NCBI GenBank assembly: GCA_905178155.1
Contig: CAJINV010000004.1
Location: 9,586,625-9,650,624, forward strand
From: Amoebophrya sp. A120
Taxonomy: Eukaryota; Protista; Dinoflagellata
Reading direction: 5' to 3'
DNA: 64,000 nt
Both the position numbers and the translations under genes were made by a program. Shown here in pieces: positions 49,051 through 63,200 of the stretch (position 1 is the stretch's first letter; every line of letters begins with the position of its first letter). The notes below the pieces were generated by a model that saw nothing but the letters and a program-made list of their open reading frames with translations, was not told the origin of the DNA and made no database searches.

Positions 49051-49771
49051 GCAGCTTTGCTTGGACACTCATCGGCCGGCGTCACTGATTTCTACTTTTG
49101 GGGCCACGAAAACATGGCCACAGACACATACGGAAGAGAAGGCATGGTGGCTCCACCAGCACCACACAAGGTGAAATTGAAAGACGAGCAACGCATGCCA
49201 CGACGCGTGAAAAAGCCCACGACTGGACCAAAAGGAAAATGATCACTATTCAAGAACCAAAGCCAAGCAACATTTCAAGTTTTCTCGTATCCCCATGATT
49301 TCAGAAAAAGAGCTTGAGTTTCCAGATCATCTTTCGGAAAAAGGTCATGCTGTTGTTCTTTCAGAAGATGCGTGCGCAGCAGCGTTTCGTTTTCAGTTTG
49401 GTTTCGAAAGAATGTGTCATTTATATTTGAGACGGATCAGAGTCAGATCATCGTGGTCGTCGTGCTTTTAGTACTGCTTAAATAAATATCCCCTTTCCCG
49501 ATGGAGAACGAAATTGAGTGTGAGTTTGGCATTTGCGATCGTCGTTCACATCGATTTCGTAATCGTGTCGCGAACGTTATGGTTGGAGATTTTGCTTCGT
49601 CCGCGGGGTCGCTTTGTGGTGTCGTTCCAAGCTCGAACAATTAGAATTACTTATGATCTTGGACCACCCGGTCGGCGACTCTCTGCGATAATAAGCTCTC
49701 TTCAAATCCTCAGTAAAAGTACGCCAAACCCGAAGTGAAAAAAAAAAGTGACGTCGACAAGAACTGCAAGC

Positions 49772-50994
49772 ATGGTGATTCATCCTTCCCTCGGACTCAA
49801 TTGGTCGTCTTTCACGGCGTCCGATTCAGCAGAAGTTTGTGGTCCTCCAGGGACAACTTTTACGAAAGCAACATCATCTTTGATTTTTGCAGCTTCGCGC
49901 GGAGCTGGACCTCAACAACGTGATGCCTGGACAAGCGGAATTCTTGCGAGGTGGGTCGAAGAAACGTTTCTGAACACTCGGAGTTTGAAAAACGTCACAT
50001 CTTCCCGCTCCTCCCCCACCGCCGTTGGGAACAGCAGTGCGAGGATGATGACAAGCTTCAAAGACAAAGGCTTCCCCCTTGCCCCGGAGAAGACGAATAA
50101 GTCCCCGCGGGAAAAGCTCGACGACGCCCTCAATGCAAACGGCTCCCGCAAGGACCCACTCTGGTTCCAGGATATCCTGTGCAAAAGTATCGTATTCGTA
50201 TGGCAATCATGCATTACAAATCCTTATCTGAAGGTAAATCCGCATTACAAATTTTATCTCTCATGCTGAGGAAATGGAAATTTGTAATGCATTTATACAT
50301 GTGCGATGGGATGCTTTTGCACTGCATACAGGATGGCAAGCACCCGTTCTTCACGGAGGAGAACTACGGGTACCTCCCACCCGTAGTGGAGAAAAAGAAA
50401 CTCCGCGCCGCAGACGGAAAATCGCTCGACCCGCCGAAAGACTTTGATAAGCTGCGGGAAAACGCGTTTGTCGAGTCCACTGGGAAGAAATCTGGGCCTC
50501 TACAACCCCCACCAACCGTCCCAGCAGTCGGCGGCGCGAAAGCCCTTCGAGCAGATTCCAACAGCGGCGCGGGAAAGTTGGCGAAGGGCGCCGGCGTTGG
50601 GGTGGATTTTAACCGGGACACGCTTTCCGAAGACGAAGACGACGGGGACAACACGATCGACGAAGACGTGTTTGAAATGAACGATGAGACACCGGAACCC
50701 GCTCTGGAAACCATGTCTTTGGACGGCTCCCAGCTGAGTGAGGAGCTGGTGAAGATGAACTACGATGCGACGCACGCGACGCAGAAAAAGGCGTTGGTCC
50801 ACGACTTTTACCCCGAAAACCGCAGTCCGGTTGGGGGCTACTGCCCCCCGGGGCACCCGTCCTGCATGACCGAGGGTGCGGTGGGGTATGATTTAGCGGA
50901 GGAAATGGAGCGCACGGAGTCGGAAGCGGTTGAGGGGCCGGATGGAGAGCTGTTGTTGAAGCCGGCGGAGTTGAAAGCAGGAGTGGAGATGTGA
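49772..50994 (+). CDS. Hypothetical protein
   Basis: Two ORFs joined in frame across introner 50173-50328 (PLWFQ|DGKHPFF); start uncertain. Confidence 0.7.
50173..50328. mobile_element. Introner family B
   Basis: TIRs; DR CAGGA. Confidence 0.9.
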
Positions 50995-52808
50995 TATTTA
51001 CTAGAAACTTCGCGAGGAGGTCATCGTAGTACAGCTCGTTGTTTTCTTGGAGCTGGTGGTTGTATGCTGTGCGAATAGAATGTAGTTTTTTCTTGAGATG
51101 AAGATGAACGCCCTCACGTCCTCGCGTCGGATCAAGCCGGGCGCTTTCAGTGCTTGAATTTCAAAGAAAGAAAAGCAGGATGAACACCTCCACGAAAAGG
51201 AAAAACGCATGTTGCTTTGGTGCATATAGTTTTGTCGTGCGCTCTGAGAAGCAGAAGTGCGAGTTCCTCGCTACAGGTAGCACTGGGTCGTCGATGAGAA
51301 GCCGTCGATAAGAAGCGGACGGATCTACAACGTCTCCGTGTTCATTTCGTACGCCCTTAACAATAACATATACCACGATCACATGATTCGCAACAGCACT
51401 ACGATGGATCTACAGGAGCATTCACCCTTCTAGTTTTTGTGTGCCACAGGATCTTTGAAACGCACAACATTGACGAACTACGTTGTAAGTAGTTAATTTC
51501 GCCTTCGCCTCTCACAGTAACAGTTCCACATACATTGTACCAGCTCCAAACAAGTAGAGAAAAGTTGCAGATGATCTCGACCAGGCTTACAAGCTACCTT
51601 TCGATCACATTTGATAATGTTGTGTTTCATTTTTTCATCGCTCAATAAGATTTTTTCGGTTGTAGGTACTTGTCGAAACAGTTTCTTCTAATCCGAGGAA
51701 AGACAGCGTGGACAGTGGCAGACGAACCAAACGTGACGAAGATCAGAGCACTACAGCAGTGCGGTGTAGTTCTTCGCGAGGCCCAGAAGATCTAATTCTA
51801 AACCACAGAATCGTATGTGATCACAGCATGAGTAATTTTTTTGAACAATGAAAAATGCGCTTTGCATATACGGTACGCCAAACAACGACTTGACTTGCAC
51901 TTGTTTTGTTTGTCAGTTTCGATGTCGATTGGACCTCTGGGGCGTATGTTCTTTCGTAGCACAAGAAACTATTTACCCTTAAAATTAGAAAGCAGTAGGT
52001 TGAGGAACGATTTTGGTAACTCAGCATTGTCTTTCCCTACTTCGTTGTTCTATGCAAATGGCTTCCATTTTCAAGTGGTAATCTCATTTTTTTTTAGTGG
52101 TTTAGTTTTACAAAGAGTTCTCTGTGATACTCTTTCTGCGTGCATATCTATTGCATATACATCATATTTGTCAATTGAATCTCTAACTATCTCTTACTCT
52201 TACGAAAATTCTGTCGGGCGAAAACGGTTTCGATCTTTTTCGCTTTCGCGAGAACATTCAACACAAACATCCACACAATTTTTCAAGTTGTTACGCATAC
52301 TCATCTCTCATCATAATTTTCTGATCTGCATAATTTTATTCAGTCTCCGTATTTTAGAATTTACCGCCACTACTTGAATCTCTTGTGCATGCGCTACATG
52401 CTGCGTGCGGGAGATCACAAGTCCGCGGAATTTGATGAATTAGACGAGTATGAGGCGTAATTGCATACGCATCTTCCTTTCAAAATAAACAAAAAAGCGA
52501 TCGGCTAATATTACAGCACGTCGACGAGGACGACCTTAAAATACCGCTGCAATGGGTTATCAACAATCCTCATCGATGTGAGGAGCCTGTCAGAACGATC
52601 CGTCGTTTGTTGCACTTACTTGTTTACTACTTACTTCATCCTGTACTACGCACCCCCTATTTGGAGGGGTCGATGCATTTCACACAAATATAAAACAAAC
52701 CGCAGGGGCGGGTGTGGAGTCAGTTTTAGAAATAACCCAAAAAAGAAAAGACCTACATACTCGGAACAATTACCTGTATAGTTTCGCAAGTTGTCCGAAA
52801 GAACGAAA

Positions 52809-55800
52809 ATGGTACAACCACTTTTGCAGCAAATTCTGCCGCGCGCCGTCGTTTTGGCGACGGTCGTGCTGCGAGGTGAGCATGTAGAAGTTCTGGGGAG
52901 TCGTGTAGTAAAAAAAGCAAGCTCTCCAACATCTCTACCTGCGGCGCGCACTGCTGCTGCATCCACTACTTCTACCGAGAGTGGTACTAGCGCCAACAAC
53001 AACGACGTGGGCGGGCAGATTCGGAACATCAAAGACGGGTACGACGCACAGAAAACGGCGTGGAGGGACCACGCACCTGGAGGACAGAACGAACGACACG
53101 AAGAGCGGGATAGAGAACTACGCCAACATGGTGTTGATAACAAGAACCACTGGACAAAAGCCGATGGCAAGAAGAAGGAAATAAAGCACGGCTCTACTTA
53201 CGGTATGAAAAGTTGGCACGAGGATCACGACCGTCCAGTTGAGAAGCAAGAAGACCAACATGGCACCGCAACTTCTGATGCTTTTAAAAAGTGGCCCTTA
53301 CCTGGAGAAGTAGCAGAAAAATCTGAAAAGAAGAGCAGGCCTGCTGCCTCTTCGGGGAAAATAGGTGATGCAGCGTCGTGGTATAACTATTCTGGGGCTC
53401 CCCCCGCGTGGGCGTGGTCAGGACCGAACACAGCACCGGGGAACGATCACAGCAAGGACAAGCCCAACTACTCCAAGAGGGGAGCTGGCACTGCAGCTTC
53501 GAAAACCTCTACGTCAGCTCGTGGCTCGTCAGATGCGGCCGATAGGAAACCAGCGGCCGTGCCAGTCCGGGAACCTAGGTCAACTACGTGGTCTGCGAGG
53601 AAGCATTCGGGAGAAGATGTTGCTCCTCACTCTACTGACAACAGTAAAAGTCCCGACCGGAGGGCCGTGCCGCACTTTCAAAACCTGTTGCATCAGCGGC
53701 AATTACTACAGCAGGCGGGACGATCGAGCAATAAATTCGGGAAGAACACTAGCGATGAAACAGATGTAGTTGCAGTAGATGAAGCTGAAATACAAACACG
53801 CAGAAGTTCTGACCCCAATTTATTATTGCCGCGTGGTCGTGGTCTGCGCACTTCTAAGAGGAAGACGTTTGACGACATGTCGGAAGCCGAGCAGCTGCAG
53901 TTTCTGGAGCAGCGGGGCGTCGCGCCGAGGCCCGGCGGGGGGTACCAACTGAGCCGCGGGACAGGCGCGTACTACGAACGGGATAATTTTGGATCAAATG
54001 AAACTTCGTTTCCCTATCATGCTGAAGATAGAAGTATTCCCGCCGGGCTCCGTCGTGAAGACGGTAGAGAGGAACAAGGGTATGCGCCAGCGAATATAAT
54101 GACTCCGGAGCAGCGCGAGTGGTTGCGGGCGCAGATCGCGAGCAGAACCGCAATCACGGGAGACGTCGAGCAGGAAAAGTTTACCCACCACGACGAGGAC
54201 GGTGTCCTCGTAAATGGAGTGGCCGAGGGCCGTGCGCTGCAAGTAGATAAGGAACCAGCAGAGTTGAAGATGCAGCATGTTGCCCGGAGGACGATATTAT
54301 CTTCTGGTCATGCACAGCAACCTGCAGTAGTTCTGCCCCAGCATAGTACTTATACAGGCACGAGCAGCTACAGTTCTGCAGCACCTTCTAGGCCCGAAGA
54401 TGCGACAGCGACGAAGTACTACGACCCGGCTGGTACGTTATTGTCAAGTCGCTTGCCGCCGTTTGTCGACATTAACCACGCGGACGTACTATGGATTGCA
54501 AATATGTCTGGGTCTGGAAGAGTGGAACTTGTAATGCTGTCTGCGGATTCTAAAAATGTTTGTCTTTGTGTTGCTGTTGCATGAGCAGCAAGAGGAGTCA
54601 GCTCTTGGCACGCAGAGACGGCATTTCTCATGCGGAATTAGCATCAAGAAGCTCTCAAAAAATCTGTGATGCTAGCACGAGCATCACAGACCTCATGGGT
54701 CATGCAAAATGTGCATGACAAGCGCCGACTCTTCCAGATCCAGACATTTTTGCAGTTGATACCTACTGCGGCATCAAAAGCCCGTGCAGCTCATCGACGG
54801 GGCGTTCGTCGACGATGTAGTTGGACCACATGGAAATAAACCCGCACGACCGTTCGCCCTGACTGGCGGCGCAGAAACGATGATCGTGCCAGCAGCTAAT
54901 ATGATGTTCACACCCGCTCCCTCCAATAATTTTCAGGGCGGGCACGGGTCTGTTGCAGTTGGAGTGGCTTCTTCACCTGCTGGTGTCAACAGCAGCTCCA
55001 TGCAAGTCGCGCAGCAGCAGGACGACGAGAGGCAGCAAATTATGATGCAGCAAGCCGCGCTCCGGCACCAAGAGCAGTACGTGCAACAGCAGCTCCAGCA
55101 GGTGGCAATACAGCAAGCGCAACAGCAACAGGAAGTACAGCAGCAGCACCCACACCCACAGCAGCAGCCTTATTTCGTGTGCGCTATCGGTGTGGTAAAT
55201 CCCGCTACTGGCGAAGTTGCTGCACAGCAGGTCATGATGATGCAAGCCAGAGTAGATGGAGGACAGCAGGGAGCAACTACGCAGGTGATGATGAACAACC
55301 CCGGTGGGAACCACTACTCTCAGCAGCAAATAATGCCGCAAGGTGGAGCGTGCTCCTTCCCGCAGGGTGTTGCTGCTGCGCAGTCTTGTTCCGCACCAGT
55401 TGTATCTGTTGCTGCTAGTTGTTGTACCCCGGACCAATCTCAAATGCTGCATCAGCAACTGCCGGCAGCGATGCAGCAAGGAAGTGTTGCAGCTAACATG
55501 ATGGGCGGGCACCACCACCAGCATATCGGTGGGCCTTCGCAGCAGGCAATGATCCCGGTCCTTGTGCAGCAACAACAGCCCCAGGAGCCCTTGGCCCCCA
55601 CCCTGCATCTTCACCCTGCTGGTGGCCTAGAACAAGCCCAGCAGGCTGTCCTGCATCAGCAACTGCAAGGCCAGGCACAGCTATTCGTTGCGCCGCAATC
55701 TTCGTCCATGCAAAGCAATGCAAGTACTCCACCGAGCGCGAACTTTTCATCTTTGCACGAAGCAATATCGACGCCGCATGTCGTCGTCCCAGGATCTGCG

Positions 55801-58409
55801 CCAGCTGCTGTGTTGTCTGAGCAACACACGTTGCATAACGGGTGGGCCCGTACTATCGTGCAGACACCCGAATTAGTACAATATGCGCAGGACCTGGACC
55901 ACGGCGTTCCGCCACCGCCACCGGACCAACTGCCTCCGCTTTTCCAAAGGTATGTCTCACCTGACGAGCCGCCACCGTATCATGTAGACCAGACACCCAG
56001 CCCCATTTTGCAGTACCAACAGGTGTACAACTACCAACAAGGCACTTCTACATCAATACCCGATGGACCACAAGCTGCTGGATGTGTTCAAGTTGCTGGG
56101 CGTGCTACTAGCGCGACACCTACCACAGCGAGTCCAACTACTGCAACTGCTTCATCTTCCCAACTACAACTTCAGTGCCGAGAATTCGAGCAGGCAAGCA
56201 TAGGACAACACGATGATTTTTCGGCACATCCTGGAACGACGTCGAATCAGACTACCCTAAGTTTTTCCAACCCAGCAACCACGTTACATGGCAGTATCAC
56301 TACTGTCATTTCTGGTCCTGGTACTACAGGACCTCAGACGTCGGACGCGCGCGTAGGACACCAGCTGATTGACGTGCAATTATGGTTCGCAAAGCTGCAG
56401 AAGCTGCTACTGAACGCGGTTACTGGGCGCTGGCTTAGTAGTTACTACGTGGACAAAGTCTTGGTTCCCATGTACCAAACCTTCTTGGAAAACGCCCAGC
56501 GGGAGGAGGAAATTATAACCGAACAAACGATAGTACAACAGCAACAGGGAACAAGAAATCCTAGTATGCTGCCGGCCAGGGACCTGCTCGCGTTCCGCGC
56601 CACCGCGTCGGGTCAGCCGTCCTTGTCAGATGTCGAGGGAGCTGTCCGAGACTTGGTGGAAAAGAGTTCGGACCACTTTTCTGCTGCTAGTGGTTGCTCC
56701 CCACAACTCGGTAGTTGTTCTCCGGCTGCTCATCTTTCCGGAATGGTGAGTCCGGCGACTCCTGGGGGTTGTGGTAGTAGCAGCCCAACGAGCGTTTGCT
56801 CATCCATCAACTACGGTAGTACTTCTAGAGCAGGCTGTTGCACTACTACTTCTAGTAGCCCGACCTTACAGATGAATGCAGATTATAGCGGTCGTGGCAG
56901 CCCGGCGAGCGCGCCCAACAGTTCCCCGGCCACGAAAGTATGAACTGCAAAAGTATCGTACTCGTATTGCAATCATGCATTACAAATCCTTTATCTAAGG
57001 TCGATCCGCATTACAAATTTTATTTCTCATGCTGAGGGAATTTGTAATGCATTTATACGAGTGCGATACTTTTGCAATGCATAGAAAGCCGCGGCCGGCA
57101 AAGTCGCTATCCCGCTAAAAGTCAGCCCCATCGCGCACCGTGTAATGCTAGAAACGGGAATGGCCGACGCGAACCCAGACGAAGTGATAAAACTGCAGAA
57201 ACAGAGGGCCCGGGCAGCAGCGGCAGGGGGAATGATCAATGGCGCGATTTTTAGGCGGGAACAAGCTCCACCATCCGAAATCCCGGCGTCTTCCGGAGAC
57301 GCTTATCCCCCTCGACCGCCTCCTGCAATAAATGCAATTGGAGTAGAAGATCATCGACTCCAAAGCAGAAGCAGAACGCCAGCTGGAACTTCTTCTACAG
57401 CGGCGGCCAGCTTCAGCTCGGCGGAGGCGCAAATAGCTGGGTTGCGACACCTATGAATTGCAAAAGCATCGTGTTCGTGCTAGTATGAATCGCATTACAA
57501 ATTTCCTCAGCATGGAAAATGGAATTTGTAATGCTGATTGACCTTAGGTCAAAGATTTCTCATGCATAACCGCAATTACTATGAATACGATACTTTTGCA
57601 CTGGATAACACCTCCACCGGGACCTGCAGCACGAAGTAGCTAGTGCTGGTGCTCCTGCTGGAGGGGCTGCTGGAGCTGCTGGTGTCTTCACTGAGGAGCG
57701 GCCGTGGAGCGGCCGTGCTGACACAATATCCATTAACGCTGGAGCGGCCGTGGAGGAGGATGCGACCTTTCGTATGATTGCGGACCTGACCAAGCGATTG
57801 GTCTTCTTCGTGATGCAGGCCAAGGGATTGGAAACCGGAGGCAAGTTTATCGTCGACGAGCTGCTGATCCCGGTTTTGATCCAGCGGCAGAAAAAATCTC
57901 TGCTTGCTATGCCCCGCTCAAATCGGTTACCATCTCAAACGTTACGAATAGAATGTGGGTTTTGTATTGGACGATGATGATCATGCCAGACTCGGACAGC
58001 ATAATTCCACCTTCTGCAATAAGTACAAATTTCGCCAGATTGTAGTGCGGATTGGGACTCAAGAACTTGTCATGCGCAATCCTATGAGAGTTGGCATTGG
58101 CTAGATTATGCACTTCCTTCAACACATCAAATTCCAGATTCTATTGTAACGCTTGAGAAGATTGTAACAGCTGAGCAGGTTATACTTGCCCGCGAGTCGG
58201 CCCGAAACTTCGAACCCCTGAGCGAACGGCAGGAGCGCCTTTTGACGGAGAAACAGCAGGAGGTTGGCATCACTCGCGAGCAAGTGGTGCGGATGGGCGC
58301 CAGGCTGTTTGAAGCGGGCCTCTGCCCGGCGGTCGGGCCGAAGCGGGGTTCGCTGTTACAAACGCTCGTGCAAACCTGGGAGCAGGAACAGACACACCAG
58401 CGTCCGTAG
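52809..58409 (+). CDS. Large low-complexity Gln-rich hypothetical protein
   Basis: Frame continuous across introners 54490, 56939, 57452 and 57908 to TAG 58407-58409. Confidence 0.75.
54490..54761. mobile_element. Introner family A
   Basis: TIRs; DR CGTAC/CCTAC. Confidence 0.88.
56939..57083. mobile_element. Introner family B
   Basis: TIRs; DR GAAAG. Confidence 0.9.
57452..57607. mobile_element. Introner family B
   Basis: TIRs; DR ACACC. Confidence 0.9.
57908..58184. mobile_element. Introner family D-like (diverged)
   Basis: Imperfect TIRs; DR CTTGC. Confidence 0.8.
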
Positions 58410-60290
58410 AAGACGTCCTGGAGGTTCTATTGCTGGAGCAGAGTAGTCCTGGAGGTGGTTGTTCTCCTGCGAAAAACGTGTGGCATGTTAAACAAGTGCT
58501 TGCAGAGCAGCCAAAGGACTGTTTTTGACCGCGTGTCAACGAACGGTCTGGGCGATGATATTTGCAATGGAAAATAAAAGCAGACTCTTGCGCATTCACG
58601 ATGAAGGCATGAATTGTCGTCGACAATAGGAATAGTATGTTGCAATATCGAGCGAATTTATTTGCCATATTCCAATAGAAAAAAAATTAAATTAAAATAT
58701 AAAGATTATATATTTATAGTACGGTTTTGAAAATTTCTAATTCGAACAGGACTTCACATGCGCGTCTGCGCGATGTCACCTCGTCCGCTAGACAGTTACA
58801 GAAGTTGCAGAGCTGACATCAGTCAGAGTTTGAGTTATTTCGAAGTATTTTTTTTCCGCCATCTTCGTTAATAAATTTAGCGAGTGGTTTAGGTTTTTAT
58901 CGACACCTACGAAAGAACAGGGCAGGTGGTACCTGCTGCAACTAGAAAGCATCCACTACTTCGAAGGAAAAAGATACTTTTTAAACACATCTTCTAGAAA
59001 GTGGACACACAATCAACTTCAACGAAACTGGAGGTCGACCTTATTTTTTTTTGGAGGATCGGAAAGCCGACATCTAGATTTTTGGCAATGTGATGAAACT
59101 GCAAGATACCGTTCGTGACTCATCGCGGGGAAGTTTTATTTTTCCTCGGAATATTTTCTTTTGCGAAGGGCGAAGCGCTAGAATGAAGCAATGCACGATT
59201 AAAATAATGAGAATACTTTACCATCAAGCAATAGCAAAACTCGTGCGGTCCGAGCAAAGCCTAAGCCGTTTTACGAGAAGAGAACAGTGAGCAAAATTCT
59301 TCGTTGGCATCGTCCTCGAGAGTGGTGCTTCTGTTGAAATCATAATCATGTATTTGCACGACAAGAAAGCCAAGACCACTTTTATGGACCCCTAAAAAAG
59401 AAAGAGCCGAAAATAAATAAGTACTCAACGCCACGCTGAGGTCGTTCTTTGTTGCGAATAAACTTACACTTCGTGTTCGCCCTTTGACCCGCCTTTGAGA
59501 AGACTTCACAGGGCGGCAAAATATTTTCCCAGCAAGAACCGGAGACTAGTATAATTCTGACGAGTTTCTTCATCGTCACAGAGTGTGATTGAGAGTATTG
59601 GCGATTGGAAGAAAAAGAAAATTATGTTGAGGACGGTGAGCTGCAAAGAAAAGCCGTACTAGACGGAGAAATTGCACTTGGAGTTGTCTGCAAAGCAACG
59701 AGTTTTTGAATAGCCACAAGAACGAGATGAAGGCAGTACAAAGATCCTCTTCGTGAAAACACAATTGAGGGAAGATGAGGCCACAGGCACATGCAGCTGC
59801 AACTTCCTGCTGCGAAGTTTTCCACCTTATCATGTCGATTTTTCAATTTACTCATGTAGCAGTGACATAAAGTAAATGCGCGGCTTGCTGCACGTGCTCT
59901 AGTACAACCTCAACTATAATTTGCCCTTTCCTGGAGCGACATTGGTCACTACCCATAGTAACCGCGAGTAGATGTAGTTTTACCCGAAAACAGCAAACCT
60001 AAACCTCCACAGAACACTCGTCGTCATGACTTTTTTATACTAGACACGCCTACCAGGAGTCCCACCTGCACGTGCACGACCACCAGATATACTGTTAGTT
60101 CGTCCTTTGTATTTTTTGTGTGAGATGAACAAGACTTGCTGTTGCTTACCCTTAGTCTTAGAAGATTTTTATCAAACCTTCTATTTGTGCAAGAATAGAA
60201 AGACCACTAGATAAACTTTTTTCCTGCCTGAATTGCTAGAAAATAAATCTTGCCTGATTTATTTCATCACCATAAGAACTCATATCAAAG

Positions 60291-63200
60291 ATGCGCCGGC
60301 TTTTTAACCTCGGCGGCGGTAATAACCGCGACGAGGAGCAGGCAGGAGATCCGCTGGGTGGTCGTCCACAAGCTGCACCCGGGGTACAAGCACCGCGGCG
60401 CAAGTCCAGTGATTCCAACTCCGAAAGTGGTGTCTCTTTACCGAAAGAAAAATCAGCGATGACGACAGCCTCCTCCTCCTCCTCCTCCTCCATGGCCGAG
60501 TTTCGGGACGTGAAACAGGTGGTGCGCCAGCAGGTCCCCGAAACCGCCGGCACGGTGTTGCTCGGCGAGTGCACGCACGGCACGGAGGAGTTTTACCGGT
60601 TGCGAGCGGAGATCACGAAGTTTTTGATCGAGGTCCGAGGGTTCAAGGTGGTCATCGTCGAGGCGGATTGGCCCTTCATGTGGCACGTGAACCAATACAT
60701 TCACCGCAAGAAGGTGAAGATGTTCCCGGACACGGTGCGGTTCCCCGACTGGATGTGGAGGAACCAATATCCAAGAAAAAACATTGTAGGTGTACCTTTC
60801 TTGGAGGAACAGCATTACAAATTTGTCTGGCATGACAGCAGAAACCTGTCATGCGCAGATAGTACGTGAAAACGCCCTGTAATGCTGGACCCTACGATGC
60901 ATGCCAAGCATGACAGACGCAATCACTTTGCATGTTGCGCATCACAAATTTACACTAACAGCGTTTTTTTTCTTGGACAGCCAGCCTTTCGTGGAGCTGA
61001 TCGAGTGGATGCGGAAGATGTCGCAGACGGAGCACGCGTATCCTGTGCAAAAGTATCGTACTCGTATTGCAATCATGCATTACAAATCGCGTTCTTCAGG
61101 CTAATTCCGCATTACAAATTTTATTTCTCATGCTGAGGAAATTTGTGATGCACTTTTTTTACGAGTGCGATACTTTTGCAATGCATAACGCGTGCTACCT
61201 GTTCGGCATGGACTGCTACTGCAAGGAGGAGTCGCAGGCGGATTTGCTGCGATTTCTCGACAACCACGACCCGGAACTCTCCCGGGAACTGCGGTCGTCC
61301 TGCTTCCCACGCGATCGCGCGGACAAGTGGCCCGGGATTCTGGCGAAAATCCAGTGGGGCAGGACGGGTAACAACAAGATGTCTTCAGGGACAGCAGCTA
61401 CTTCGAGAACATCAAATAAGTCCAACAATAAACCGGGCGACGTGATCGCGGGGTCGGACCTCACGCGCGATTTTATGGCACTCTCAAATCTTACATTCTC
61501 AACTGTCACGTGAATTTGTGATGCAAGAATCGCAACAGTGAAAGGGGCAAGGTTGCAGCTCTCGCATCATAAATTTGGCGTAGATGTAGGCGCTGTCTAG
61601 CGCCTCGGGGATTTGTCATGCGACCTAGCTTGATCGTCTGGTGGCTCATGGCAATTTTGCATGACAAATCATGCAGCAACAGTTGAGAGTGTAACGGTTG
61701 AGAATCCCATAGATTTGGTGTACCCTGGGGCGTCCAAGCTGGACCGGTTTAACGCGGAGCAGAATCTGGAGTGCATGATCGCCGCGGACGAGTACTACAC
61801 GAAGCAGCGGCTGGAGCCCCCGGGCTCGCAGGCCAGCTGGAACGCGCGGGACCAGCACATGGCAACCACGATTCTGCGACTGAAGGAGCAGGCGAAAGAG
61901 ACGTTTGACTTGCAATCCGAGCTGAAGATCGTCGTGTGGGCCCACATATCAAATGTAAAAATGTCTGGGTCTGGAAACTTGTAATGCTGCGTTGGGAATA
62001 GTGAATGCTCTGTAATATGTAGTGAGGTCACCGAACGGTTCTAACCGGGGAGTTTTTTTGACATATACCCTGAAAAACGACCGGCAGTTTTCAAGCGGCC
62101 GGAAGCGTTCTTTGACATAAAAGATTTCCAATTATTAAGCGGCCGGGGCTTTGAAGTCAAACAAGCCCGGTCGAAAACTATCGATTCGCACTTGATAAAA
62201 CGACGCAGGGGAGCCGGCAAAAGGGGCGCCCTTCTGCGGCGCCCACCGCCTTGGTTTCTGGCGGTTTGGGCCGCCCAAAAAGGGGCGCGCAAAAAACTCG
62301 CCCAAAGTCAGAACAGCGAAACAGCATGGCACGGCCGCGATTTTGGAGCATTTTGGGCGGCCGCGAAAGCGGCCGCCTTTTCGCCGGTTTCAGAGCCTGG
62401 GAAGCTTTGCAAAAAGCGCCGGAGGGAAATATAGAAACGCGAAAAAGAAAAAGCGCCCCGGACGCGCAAAGCCAATCCGCATGCTATGGGCCCGATTTTC
62501 CTTCGCTTTTTGGGCGCCCCCCGTGGCGCCCGGATCGGCTCCATAGCATGGGGGCTAGCTTTCGGAAAGGAATTTCGGAGATTTGCCAAAGGCTGCGACG
62601 TTTATCGAGCGGCCGCCATACCGTGCGGCCTAACGTTACTCACGGCGGCATGGCGAGCCCAAAAAAAGCAAGGCCGCGGCCAAGGCGATGGCCGGCAAGA
62701 AAACGCCCACAACCTCACCACCTCCGCCCCGGCGGCTATATTTGGCACACAGGCACGCATGAGAAATATCTGCGCTTCTTTGTGTTGCGTTTTTCGCATG
62801 ACAAACTGCGTTTTTGCATGACAGGCAAAAGGCTCTCTTCTTGGACACGCATCACAAACTTTTTGGTCATGCCAGACAAGCACGACAAAGCTCGCAATCT
62901 TCCAGACGCAGACACTTTTGCATTTGATACCACAATTCCCACGTCGGGGATGCGACGGCGACGCCCTCCGGGGGGGTCAACTTTGAACGGAACGAGACCT
63001 GGTATGGCGTTCTCAAATGTTACATTCTTAACTGTTACATAAATTTGTAATGCAAGAATGGCAAAAGTGAAAGGGGCAAGGTTGCGCCTTTTGCATTACA
63101 GATTTGGAGCAGATTATAATGCTATCTAGCGCGTCGAGAACCTGTCATGCGGAGAAGGCTTGAAATTGTGAAAAGTGTAAGTGATAGCATTTTGCATGAC

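Noticed and set aside
94-55614. Long antisense or alternative-frame ORFs (94..780, 12673..13710, 33640..34497, 46266..47255, 54973..55614)
   Set aside because: Shadows of real GC-rich CDSs with no recognisable motifs.
62251-63042. 263-aa ORF as a possible transposase in the nested insertion
   Set aside because: It runs through introner and exon boundaries and has no DDE, HUH or YR motif; a GC-rich chance ORF.
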